Assembly: GCA_965652295.1 (NCBI GenBank)
Contig: CBFGTS010000013.1
Span: 32,001 to 96,000, forward strand
Length of the DNA stretch: 64,000 nt
Origin: an uncultured Haloferula sp.
GTDB lineage: Bacteria > Verrucomicrobiota > Verrucomicrobiia > Verrucomicrobiales > Akkermansiaceae
Reading direction: 5' to 3'
Part shown: positions 55,092 to 64,000 of the stretch, piece after piece
How positions within the stretch are numbered: the stretch's first letter is position 1
Layout of the letters: each line of letters opens with the position of its first letter
Made by a program: the position numbers and the translations under genes
The notes under the pieces: generated by a model
What the model saw: the letters and a program-made list of their open reading frames with translations, nothing else
The model's database searches: none
What the model was told of the DNA's origin: nothing

Positions 55092-58064
55092 TCAACGCAG
55101 TGCCGCAAATGCCGACACTGCCCCAGAGAATCCGGACTGGAAAAACTCGCGACCCGTGAATCCGGCCTTGCCAACCGCGTAGTCCTGCAAGGTCAGCCAA
55201 CCCTCCAGATCGCCACTTCCCGCGACCTGAAAATAATTTGAACCAGCGTTGGCGTCGTTCGCATTTCCCGGGGCATCCTCGGCGGGATAATAGAAGTTCA
55301 GGACATTTCCCCCATAGACCGAGGTGGTGACCACCTCGTTGGCATCGGCGATGAAATCGGCAACGGTTGGATACTCACCCAGATTCCCCTCGCCACGCGA
55401 GCTACTACTCCCTCCGTAGACCACATAGACTCCGCCGGTGGCAACATCGTAGCTGATCCCGTGCAGCTCGTCCGCGCCGTAGGCACCATTCGAGGCAACC
55501 GTCGGGCTGCCGCCCTTGATCCAGCTCTGGATGCTCGTCCATTCGTGGACATCTCCGTCCGCCGTGACGCCATAAACCTGGCCGCCCGCCATTTGCGTGA
55601 ACCCCTGATAGCTCCCGTAGCCGGGAACCGTGGCTGCGATGACTCCGCCATCCAGGCTATTCCCCACAGCCGGCGTGCCACCCGCACCAATGCCCGTGAA
55701 GACCCGGATCTCGCCGGAGGAACTCACGAAATACACCGGGTTGATGTTCATTTCGGCGAAGCCGCCGATCAGGCCGCCGAATCCAGCCTGGAGAAACTCA
55801 CGCCCTCCGGCGGCAGGCTTGTTCACGGTGTAGTCTTCCAAGGTCAGCCACCCTTCCAGAATGCCATTGCCGGCGACCTGGAAGAAGTTCGAGCCGGCAT
55901 TGGCCGCATTGGCGTTCCCTGGGGCGTCCTCCTGGGGATAGTAGAAGTTCAGGATGTTGCCACCATAGGTCGAGGCGGTGACGACGGGATTCGCGTCGTT
56001 GATGAAGTCCGTGATCGTCGCATATTCGCCGAGGTCGCCATCGCCGCGCGCGCTGTGATCTCCTTCATAGATCACGTAAACCCCGCCGGTGATGCCGTTG
56101 TAGCTGAGGCCGTGCAGCTCGCCCGCATTGTAGGCTCCGGTCGATGCCGTCACCGGAGTGAGTCCGTCGAGCCAGTCCTGCAGAGTCGCCCATTCGTGGA
56201 CGTCACCATTTCCGGCCACGCCGTAGACCTCACCGCCGGGCATCTGGGTGAATCCCTGGTATCCCCCGTAGGCGGCCACGGTGGCGACCGTCTCGCCGCC
56301 GGCAAAACCGAAACCTACCAGAGGAAAATCTCCGGCCGCGACTCCACTGAACCGGCGAATCTCTCCACCGGAAGACACCAGATAGACCGGCGCGCCCTGC
56401 GATCCCACGCCGGCAGGCAGCGGAGCTTGAAAGAACGCTCGCTCCTCGTAACCGGCGGGCAGGGAGATATCGAGGAAGTGCAGGGTGCCGAAATCGACCT
56501 CGGCGTCGCGCGCCTCGAATGCGACCGGCTGCCAGTCCTTCAGGTCCGTGGAGATCTCCGGCGGCAGCCATTCCCCCGGCGCGCTGTCCCAGAACAGGCG
56601 CACCGAATCCACTCCCACGACACCGGTTTCAGTCGAGGAAATCCCTGCCTTCGGGTCATCGTGCTGCCCGAGAACCGCCTCGCGATACCATGCCAGGAGA
56701 CGCTCCTCCATCGACGCGATCATTGCCGCATGCGCAGGCTCGTCGATCAGGTTCCCGTTGTCGCTCTCCTCGCGGTTGGTCGTCATGTCGAACAGACGGC
56801 GATTCGAGCCATCCGGGTCGCGCAGCAGTTTGAAATTCCCCTCGCGCATCGCCAGTTTCGGCCCTTGCGCCGTGATGTTCGGATTCGTCGAAAACTCCCA
56901 GAACTGGGCGGTTCTTCGCGCCCGTGTGGCACCGAGAAACACGTCATGCATGTTCTCGCCCACCAGCGGTGCGTCCGGCAGCGGCAGCCCGGCCATCGAG
57001 CAGTAGGTGGGAAAAAGATCGAGCGTCGAAACCGCGGTGGTCGTGTTCACCACGCCCGCCGGCACCGTCCCCGGCATGCGAATCATAAAAGGGTTGCGCA
57101 GGCCACCTTCCCAAAGGCTTTTCTTGCCGCCGCGTAGTCCGCCATTGCGGTTGAGAAGCGTTTCGATCGCATCGTCCGGCGCGCCGTTGTCGCCGACCAC
57201 CACGATCAGCGTTTCCTCGGCCACGCCCAGGGCGTCGATCGCATCGACCAGTCGTCCGATCTCCTTGTCCAGCTCGTGCAGCTCGGAAAGGAACAGCTTG
57301 CCGTTGGCATTAGTCGTGATGTGGTCGAAGTCGTTCACCTTTTCCGGATCCGTATCGTAGGGGGAGTGCGTGTCGTCGTGCGGCACATGCACATAGAAGG
57401 GCTTGTCGTCATTCACCGCGCGGGTGATGAAATCAATCGCCGCATCGGTGTGCCGGTCGGCTCCGAGCTCCCATTCGACCCACTCGATCGATCCCGGCAC
57501 GTCGGCATTCTGCTGGGAAAGCCCGTGCACATTTCCATCATCGAGATAGAGGATACGGTCTCCCATCCCCTCGAAGGAAGTCAGCGATTCATCAAATCCA
57601 TAGTCCTGGATGAAGGGCGCGTTGTTCACGTCGCGACCACCGCCCATGTGCCATTTCCCGAACATTCCGGTGGCATATCCCGCCCGCTGGAACCAGCGCG
57701 AGGACGTCACCGTGTGCTCGTCCAGCCAGTCGTTCATGTTGCGGTTGTCGTTCTCGCCCTTGCCGCTGAGAAAGTCGTGGATGGCGAAACGGCAAGGCTC
57801 GATCCCCGTAAGCACCCCCACCCGCGAAGGCGAGCAGACCGGCGAGGCCACGTAACCATCCGTGAAGCGGATGCCCTGGCCCGCCAGCGAGTCGAGGTTC
57901 GGAGTGATCGGATCGCCCGACTTGGTGGTATGCCGGCTGCCGTAGCAGGACATGTCTCCCCAGCCGATGTCATCAATGAAGATGAAGACGATATTGGGAG
58001 CCGCGGTGGCGAAACCGGCAGACATCAACAGGCCGAGGAGAGCCGCGCGAAAAATTGAAATCAT
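55092..58064 (-). CDS. Secreted formylglycine-type (S1) sulfatase with two tandem C-terminal ~215-aa domains
   Basis: PNIVFIFIDDIG, CSPSR, GKWHMG, GDNG, KKSLWEGG; C-terminal repeats at 55740-56390 and 55095-55739. Confidence 0.92.
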   Translation of the reverse strand: MISIFRAALLGLLMSAGFATAAPNIVFIFIDDIGWGDMSCYGSRHTTKSGDPITPNLDSLAGQGIRFTDGYVASPVCSPSRVGVLTGIEPCRFAIHDFLSGKGENDNRNMNDWLDEHTVTSSRWFQRAGYATGMFGKWHMGGGRDVNNAPFIQDYGFDESLTSFEGMGDRILYLDDGNVHGLSQQNADVPGSIEWVEWELGADRHTDAAIDFITRAVNDDKPFYVHVPHDDTHSPYDTDPEKVNDFDHITTNANGKLFLSELHELDKEIGRLVDAIDALGVAEETLIVVVGDNGAPDDAIETLLNRNGGLRGGKKSLWEGGLRNPFMIRMPGTVPAGVVNTTTAVSTLDLFPTYCSMAGLPLPDAPLVGENMHDVFLGATRARRTAQFWEFSTNPNITAQGPKLAMREGNFKLLRDPDGSNRRLFDMTTNREESDNGNLIDEPAHAAMIASMEERLLAWYREAVLGQHDDPKAGISSTETGVVGVDSVRLFWDSAPGEWLPPEISTDLKDWQPVAFEARDAEVDFGTLHFLDISLPAGYEERAFFQAPLPAGVGSQGAPVYLVSSGGEIRRFSGVAAGDFPLVGFGFAGGETVATVAAYGGYQGFTQMPGGEVYGVAGNGDVHEWATLQDWLDGLTPVTASTGAYNAGELHGLSYNGITGGVYVIYEGDHSARGDGDLGEYATITDFINDANPVVTASTYGGNILNFYYPQEDAPGNANAANAGSNFFQVAGNGILEGWLTLEDYTVNKPAAGGREFLQAGFGGLIGGFAEMNINPVYFVSSSGEIRVFTGIGAGGTPAVGNSLDGGVIAATVPGYGSYQGFTQMAGGQVYGVTADGDVHEWTSIQSWIKGGSPTVASNGAYGADELHGISYDVATGGVYVVYGGSSSSRGEGNLGEYPTVADFIADANEVVTTSVYGGNVLNFYYPAEDAPGNANDANAGSNYFQVAGSGDLEGWLTLQDYAVGKAGFTGREFFQSGFSGAVSAFAALR

Positions 58065-58116
58065 GGGTTGAGGCGGGTTGAAAGGAGCGTCTTATCAGGA
58101 GACTCCTCCGAAGAAA

Positions 58117-58152
58117 GATGAGGGTCGGCCCGGGCAAATGCCGACCCTCGTC
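58117..58152 (-). terminator. Intrinsic terminator after the PEP-CTERM gene
   Basis: Minus strand gacgagggtcggc-10 nt-gccgaccctcatc followed by tttctt. Confidence 0.7.
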
Positions 58153-58158
58153 GGTCAT

Positions 58159-58926
58159 TCAAGCGGAGCGTCGGCGCCGAAGGAACCCAAGCAGACCGAT
58201 GCCGCCGAGGAGCGCTATCGACGGCTCGGGAACTGCAAACGTTTCGAAGGTGATGCCATCGACCCGAAAACCTCCGACATCACCGGAGAAGATGGCGGCG
58301 ACCGCCCCGGAATCTCCGCCAACGCGATACATGTTGAGGCTGCTCACATCGAAGGTTCCCGCAGCCAGGCTCTCTCCGACCGGGTTGAAAGTGATCGAGT
58401 CCCGGGTCAGCAGGTTGACGACCGTGAAGGTCTCGTCCACCGGGTCGGCCCCACGTCCGACATTCTGCACGTTGATTCCGGTGATACGCACTCCGACCGA
58501 AGAAGAGATCGAGGTAAGCTCGTCGAGATAGATCGTGATCCCTTCGTGATCTCCGCCGAACGCGCCACCGATCCCTCCCGCATTCGGATTGCCGACCACT
58601 CCCATGTAGCCGTCACCATCACGGTCGAAGGTGCCCTCCGTCAGCTCGTCCCCGATATTCGCGCCAAAGACGCTCATGTTCTTGGCGGCATCGAAGGTGA
58701 CACCCACCGTGCCGCCAAAGGCTCCGGGTTCACTGACGCTTCCGCTCAGACTGAACCACGGACTTCCGGTGGTCACGACACCGGTCCCGTCGATGAAAAC
58801 ATTCAGGTCGATCTGGGACTGGCCGTCGGAATCATTGATCGAATCGATCAGCACGGCTCCGCTGGCCGCGGGAAGGGACAGAGCGCCGAAGACAGCGGCG
58901 AGGGGGAGGAAGAAATACTTGCTCAT
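58159..58926 (-). CDS. PEP-CTERM surface protein
   Basis: Signal MSKYFFLPLAAVFGALSLPAASG; C-terminal VPEPSIALLGGIGLLGFLRRRR. Confidence 0.9.
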   Translation of the reverse strand: MSKYFFLPLAAVFGALSLPAASGAVLIDSINDSDGQSQIDLNVFIDGTGVVTTGSPWFSLSGSVSEPGAFGGTVGVTFDAAKNMSVFGANIGDELTEGTFDRDGDGYMGVVGNPNAGGIGGAFGGDHEGITIYLDELTSISSSVGVRITGINVQNVGRGADPVDETFTVVNLLTRDSITFNPVGESLAAGTFDVSSLNMYRVGGDSGAVAAIFSGDVGGFRVDGITFETFAVPEPSIALLGGIGLLGFLRRRRSA

Positions 58927-59105
58927 GTGATTGGGTTGTTTTGGGGCTTTCGTGTTGCGAGGTCGGTATTTCCACCCTTGGTCAAGCGTTCGGATTTTTT
59001 GAGAAATTCCTGCTTCCCCCATTCGTGAGCACAGGGGTGATCCACACCTTGGAAGCACCGATCTCCAGATCACCCGGAGTCGCCTCGGCCTCACAAAAGG
59101 AATGC

Positions 59106-60626
59106 TCAGCGAGGACCCTTCGCGATTTCACGGATGCGCGCCTCACTCAGGGCCGCGTCGAAAACCATCACCTCGTCGATCGCTCCCTGGAACGCCTTTG
59201 CGATGCTTCGCGGATGCGCAGGGACATAGCCGATCATCAGTGGCGCTCCGCCTGCGCGGGTGCTCGGCATCCGCGGACTGGTGGTAGTGCTGGTCAACGT
59301 CGGATGGAAGGCCTCCCGGAATCCATCCACATACAGCCTCACCATGTCCGCCTCGCCGCTCCCACCTGCGGACCCACCCTGCCCTTCGAACACCCCCGCC
59401 ACATGATGCCAGCGCCCGTCGGCCAGGTCCGTGGTGCCTGTGAAAAGAAATTGGTCGAAGGACAGACGCAGCCGGGCCGGAGCGCCGGGCTTGTCGCGGA
59501 TGACCAGCAGCTCTGATTTCCCCGCAAAGCCGATCGTCGGAACGCCCCAGCCGGCGATGGACTGGTATTGCTGCCATGGATGATCGGGGGCACACCGGAT
59601 CCACGCACAGATGGTGCGCGGGCGGTCGCCGAGGATCCCCTCCCAGTTGGTCATCACGCGCCCGTTCTTCCCGGGGCTCACGGCACGTCCCGCGCGGCCG
59701 TCTTCGAAGCCAACGCCACCCTTCGTCCACGACCGGGTCGAGCCGATCGCCGGATGATTGCCCCTCACTTCCAGCCCCCCTCCATCAAGGGCCTCCATGG
59801 TGAAGCGCATATAGGGCAGGTCGTCCGGCAACGCGGTGTAGAAGCCCGAGGCATCCAGCTCGGTGGCCTGCAGGCGGCCGATGAATGAGATTCCGACGGC
59901 CTCACCCGCGCCGAGTTCCCGCTTCTCCTTCACTCCACTGCGTGCGGAAACCGAAACCCGCCCCTCGAACACATGCACCTCGCAGTTGCGGGCGGGATCC
60001 CGTGGGAAATGAACTCCGAACGAGGTCCCCAGGTCCACCACCTCCACACGCGGCGAGCTGACCTTGAAGCCCACGGCCTCCGGCGAAACCAGGAACCGGC
60101 CGCTGCCATGACTCATCGTAAGCTCACTGCTGCTCTTGAAAACCAGCTGTGCCGGACCCGAAATGATCCCGTGCACGCCTTTGCTGAAGCTCAGTTCCAG
60201 CGTGCCGGATTCGATCCGCAGGGCATCGCCCGGCTGGATCTCCTTCCCGCTCGCCGCGTCCTTCTTGACCAGGGACCATTGCGAGTTCGGCGCCGCCCTG
60301 ACGGAAACCATCCGGTCGGGCTCGGACATCACCAGCCGCATCACCACGCCCACCAACAGCAGGACGGCCGCCGCCGCCAGACCGGCCGACCACAACGCCC
60401 GACGCCGCTGGCGGATCATCATCGCCTCCATCGGAATCAGCGGCTTCAAATCACACCCCGCCTCCATTTCGCGTATCAGAAACTCATCGACAAGGAAGCT
60501 CTCGCGAAAGATCCGCCGAAACTCCGATGAATCCCGTAGTTCCTCCTGCACCAGACCGAACTCCTCCGCCGTCGCCGATTTCTCAACGACCTTCTGGACC
60601 AGCTGTTCGAACTCAAGGCGCTTCAT
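59106..60626 (-). CDS. FecR-like anti-sigma factor with C-terminal LamG-like domain
   Basis: N-terminal helical domain, TM AAAAVLLLVGVV, VVDLGTSFGV..VHVFEGRV, DGRWHHVAGV...LYVDG...FQGAIDEV. Confidence 0.85.
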   Translation of the reverse strand: MKRLEFEQLVQKVVEKSATAEEFGLVQEELRDSSEFRRIFRESFLVDEFLIREMEAGCDLKPLIPMEAMMIRQRRRALWSAGLAAAAVLLLVGVVMRLVMSEPDRMVSVRAAPNSQWSLVKKDAASGKEIQPGDALRIESGTLELSFSKGVHGIISGPAQLVFKSSSELTMSHGSGRFLVSPEAVGFKVSSPRVEVVDLGTSFGVHFPRDPARNCEVHVFEGRVSVSARSGVKEKRELGAGEAVGISFIGRLQATELDASGFYTALPDDLPYMRFTMEALDGGGLEVRGNHPAIGSTRSWTKGGVGFEDGRAGRAVSPGKNGRVMTNWEGILGDRPRTICAWIRCAPDHPWQQYQSIAGWGVPTIGFAGKSELLVIRDKPGAPARLRLSFDQFLFTGTTDLADGRWHHVAGVFEGQGGSAGGSGEADMVRLYVDGFREAFHPTLTSTTTSPRMPSTRAGGAPLMIGYVPAHPRSIAKAFQGAIDEVMVFDAALSEARIREIAKGPR

Positions 60627-61219
60627 GCTCCGGCACCTGGCAGTGGTTTCATTTCACGTTCGATGCAGCGTCGCAACGCGATCCGGAGGCGGAAAAGCAT
60701 CCCCCTCACCGAGGCCGACGACACCCCCATCCGGCCCGCAGCGACCTCCAGGTTCCCGTGCTTCCTGTATCTTGAGAGAAGCAATCCACGGTCTTCAGTG
60801 GGCACCTTGAGAAGGCAGCGTCGCAGGGCATCCAGCCGCTCGTCCGCGTCGGGCTTGTGATCGGAGAACTCCCCGGCCAGGACCTCGATCACGTCCGGGT
60901 CGAAGGCGAACTCCCGCCTCTCCCGCGCCCGCTTCTGCCACTTCATCGTCACGTTCCGTGCAAAGGTGAAAACCCACGCACGAAAGTTGGTGCCGGGCTC
61001 GAAATGGCGCCGTTTCTCCATCACCAGCAGATTCACCTCCTGCACGATATCATCGCGGAAATCCGAGAAGGGAATCAAGTGACCCACGAAGGCGCGCAGC
61101 TCCGACTGGATCGCCAAAAGCTCGCAGACGAAGGTCCCCAGCTCCGCATCCCCCCGGTCGGGAGACGCCTCATCCGCTGATCTCTCGCGGGCTTTGGAAG
61201 CGGTCTCGGCGTTGTCCAT
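60623..61219 (-). CDS. ECF sigma-70 factor (Rhodopirellula/Verrucomicrobium type)
   Basis: DDIVQEVNL, FEPGTNFRAW, ALRRCLLKV, LFRLRIALRRCIE; 4-nt overlap with the anti-sigma gene. Confidence 0.9.
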   Translation of the reverse strand: MDNAETASKARERSADEASPDRGDAELGTFVCELLAIQSELRAFVGHLIPFSDFRDDIVQEVNLLVMEKRRHFEPGTNFRAWVFTFARNVTMKWQKRARERREFAFDPDVIEVLAGEFSDHKPDADERLDALRRCLLKVPTEDRGLLLSRYRKHGNLEVAAGRMGVSSASVRGMLFRLRIALRRCIEREMKPLPGAGA

Positions 61220-61378
61220 CGTCGTAGAGATTTCCGAAGTCGGGGAAATGTTCGGAAAAATCAACCGACGCCCGGTTTTTACGAACGGATTCGTCATCCG
61301 GGGAATGCAGCCACCGTGGAACGCCATTGGCCCGATCCGTCGGGCCCGAAGCCGGACCACGACCCAAAATCCAAGACG

Positions 61379-63094
61379 ATGAAAGCCCTCGCTCTAGCCC
61401 TAGCCTTCGTGACAACGACTCATGCCCAAGTCATCATTTCGGACGATTTCGACATCCCGGGCGATCACTCCACGACGACAGGATTCGATACCGATGGAGT
61501 GAACACCGACCTCGTCAACCGTCTTACCGGCCAGGCAGCCATCGACCAGCCCCTCTCCTACTTCGCCAGTGCGGCCTTCAAGGTCGACACGGCCTACTCG
61601 ATCGCCAACAACACCCTGCAGGCGACCGCGGTGACGGGAGTCGGCGCGCTCGAATACACCGCCGACGGGTTCACCGCCTTCGACTTCGGCGACTACCTTC
61701 GGGGGAAGGTCTACGAGATCCAGCTGACCTTCGACAACGACTCGGTGAACACCGCCAACCGGCGTTTCTCCTTCACCCTCGGATCGGCACCAGGCCAGGC
61801 TGTCAACGCCTCCCCCTTGAGCATTCAGTTGCAGGCGGACGCCGACCAGGCGGGTGCCCGGCTCTACAAACGCGTTCGCGCCGCGTCCGACCCCGGTGGC
61901 ATGGACATCAATCAAGCGATCAGCCCGTCTCTTCCCTATGGTGACCCGGTCGACGTGCGGCTGGTGATCACCGATGTGGACACCCTTCTCGGCCTTGAGT
62001 CTTCTTATGAGATCTATGTCAATGGAGGAGCCACACCGGTTGATAGCGGCGACTTCGGCATCTCGTCGACCAGCCGCCATCTGATTTTCGATGTCGCCCC
62101 GGATACGGGCCCTGTCAGCTACGATGACTTTTCGGTCACCGTCACCGGCGACGCCCCGGAGCCGCCGGCAATCACCGGAGATCGCTATCTCTACTTCATT
62201 GGAAACGACGGCGCGATCTATGGTTTCACCGGCATCGATACCGGCGACGCCCCGGTCACCGTCGCCGGCAACTTCACCGCCGGAGTCCTTGAAGCCACCC
62301 AGTTCGACTACGCCAGCTACCAGGCATTCACCTCGGACCCCACATCGGGCATCATCTACGGCATCAATAGTTTCGGCGATGTCGTCACCTGGCCCACGCT
62401 CGCCGATTGGCTGACGAACACCAATGCGGACGTCCCCGCCGATGGCGACCCGCGATTCGAAGCCTACGGCTCCACCAGCGTCCATGACGCCTCCTACGAT
62501 GCCAACACCGGCGGGTTCTACGTCGTCTATGAGGGCGGCCCCGAGATCGACGGAGACATCGGCGAATACGCCACCGTCCACGATTTCACCACCAACACGA
62601 ACGCGGTCGTCACCACCTCGGTTTATGGAGGAAATCTGCTCAACTTCTACTACTGGGGTGAAGACGCCCCCGGTACCCGCGAGGCACCCAACGACGCACC
62701 GGGAGCCAACTACTTCCAGGCCGCCGGCTCGGGCGCACTGGAAGGATTCCAGACGCTCGCCGACTATGTTTCGGACCCGAACAACCGCACCTTCGGCAAG
62801 GGCGGCTTCGCCACCGGTGCCATCGCCGCCTTTGCCCTGCCGATGCCGGTCGAGCCGGACCTCGACTTCCACATCAGCGACGTGAACCTCGACGGCAGCG
62901 GCCTCGTCACCGAAGCCACCCTGGAGTTCCTGCCTCAGCCGTCCACGTCGTACTCGCTGCTCGCGTCACCGGACCTCGCCACCCCGTTCACGCCCGTCTC
63001 TGGATTTGAAAACATCACCTCCTCACCCGTGACGGTTCCGGTACCCGCCGGCTTCGCGACCCGCGGGTTTTTCCGACTGATGGAAAATCCATGA
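61379..63094 (+). CDS. Secreted protein: beta-sandwich-like N-terminus, the ~215-aa domain shared with the sulfatase, and a verrucomicrobial-type C-terminal domain
   Basis: Signal MKALALALAFVTTTHA; YGGNLLNFYY.EDAPG motif shared with the sulfatase repeats; C-terminal YSLLASPDL...RGFFRL. Confidence 0.8.
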   Translation: MKALALALAFVTTTHAQVIISDDFDIPGDHSTTTGFDTDGVNTDLVNRLTGQAAIDQPLSYFASAAFKVDTAYSIANNTLQATAVTGVGALEYTADGFTAFDFGDYLRGKVYEIQLTFDNDSVNTANRRFSFTLGSAPGQAVNASPLSIQLQADADQAGARLYKRVRAASDPGGMDINQAISPSLPYGDPVDVRLVITDVDTLLGLESSYEIYVNGGATPVDSGDFGISSTSRHLIFDVAPDTGPVSYDDFSVTVTGDAPEPPAITGDRYLYFIGNDGAIYGFTGIDTGDAPVTVAGNFTAGVLEATQFDYASYQAFTSDPTSGIIYGINSFGDVVTWPTLADWLTNTNADVPADGDPRFEAYGSTSVHDASYDANTGGFYVVYEGGPEIDGDIGEYATVHDFTTNTNAVVTTSVYGGNLLNFYYWGEDAPGTREAPNDAPGANYFQAAGSGALEGFQTLADYVSDPNNRTFGKGGFATGAIAAFALPMPVEPDLDFHISDVNLDGSGLVTEATLEFLPQPSTSYSLLASPDLATPFTPVSGFENITSSPVTVPVPAGFATRGFFRLMENP

Positions 63095-63179
63095 CGGTGG
63101 ATCGGTAAGCGACCTGATGCCTGGCCACAAGGGCTCCCGTCCCAGATCCCAGCCGGAGCCCTCAAAAAATCATCCTGAC

Positions 63180-64000
63180 ATGTCAGCCGTCACCTTCCGC
63201 ATCCTGCTCGCCTCCACCCTGCTCCCCGGCACCCTGGCGCTGGCGAAACCCGCGCCGCCGAACATCGTCCACATCATCGCCGACGACCTCGGTTGGAACG
63301 ATGTCGGCTTCCATGGCAGCGACATCCCGACGCCCCAGCTCGACCGCCTCGCCGCCACCTCCGTGGAGCTCCACCGTTTCTATGTCGCCCCCATCTGCTC
63401 GCCCACCCGCGCCGGCACCCTGACCGGCCGCTACCCCTTCCGCTTCGGCATCTGGGATGGCGTCTGCAACCCCACCTCACGCCACGGCCTGCCACCCGCC
63501 GAAACGACCCTTCCCGAGATGCTCGCCAGCACCGGCTACCCGCAGCGCGCCCTGCTCGGGAAATGGCATCTCGGCCTCGCCTCTTCGATGTTCCACCCCC
63601 TCGAGCACGGCTTCACCACCTTCTACGGCCACTACAACGGTGCCATCGACTACTTTTCCCGTAGCCGCGCCGGCGAGCTCGACTGGCACCGGGGCCGCGA
63701 GGCGTTCATCGAGGACGGATACTCGACCGACCTGCTCGGCAGCGAAGCCGTCCGCATCATCCGGGAAAACGAAACGCCGTTCTACCTGTTGATCTCCTTC
63801 AACGCACCGCACTCACCCCTGCAGGCGGCTGATGCCGACCTCGCCGCTGTCGGGTTCGACCCCGCCGCCCCCATCGCCCCCCATACCGAAGCCGACATCG
63901 CCAGGCGCGAGAAAGCGCCGCGATACGGCCTCGCCGGCAAGGGCAATACCAAGCGCCAGACCTTCGCCGCCATGACCCGCGCGCTCGATCGGAACATCGG
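63180..64000 (+). CDS. Arylsulfatase (S1 family), runs off window end
   Basis: Not in ORF track; manual translation from ATG 63180: PNIVHIIADDLGWNDVGFHG, CSPTRA, GKWHLG, FNAPH. Confidence 0.9.
   Translation, partial: MSAVTFRILLASTLLPGTLALAKPAPPNIVHIIADDLGWNDVGFHGSDIPTPQLDRLAATSVELHRFYVAPICSPTRAGTLTGRYPFRFGIWDGVCNPTSRHGLPPAETTLPEMLASTGYPQRALLGKWHLGLASSMFHPLEHGFTTFYGHYNGAIDYFSRSRAGELDWHRGREAFIEDGYSTDLLGSEAVRIIRENETPFYLLISFNAPHSPLQAADADLAAVGFDPAAPIAPHTEADIARREKAPRYGLAGKGNTKRQTFAAMTRALDRNI

Noticed and set aside
1..64000. tRNA, rRNA, integrase or transposase genes
   Set aside because: None recognised by eye; a covariance-model scan would be needed to exclude small RNAs or riboswitches

Overview
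High-GC chromosomal window, most likely from a Verrucomicrobiota bacterium (Luteolibacter/Haloferula-like). The assignment is inferred from three PEP-CTERM proteins, a PVC-type ECF sigma/FecR-LamG pair, DUF1080 and sulfatases. 1-27 kb is mostly housekeeping: the start of a DUF3450-ExbB-ExbB (TonB-energiser) operon, pyrimidine-nucleoside phosphorylase, fabV, fadL, hprK-ptsH-ptsI facing sixA, fabG, pepP, NAD kinase, trxB and smc. It also carries two families of REP-like palindromes and tandem NrdR-like boxes upstream of smc. 29-37.6 kb is a clade II nitrous-oxide reductase cluster (ric-sco-azurin-nosZ-nosB-nosD-nosF-nosY) divergent from an Fe-S Rrf2 regulator. 40-54.8 kb is a xylan-utilisation locus (GPH transporter, 3x GH43, GH67, GH10, esterase, PEP-CTERM, cytochrome c-PA14 plus propeller pair) marked by seven copies of a LacI-type operator. 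55-64 kb is an ECF/anti-sigma sulfatase locus in which an unrecognised ~215-aa four-repeat domain occurs three times in two proteins. No rRNA, tRNA, CRISPR array or transposase was seen. All calls are by motif recognition only; no searches were run.
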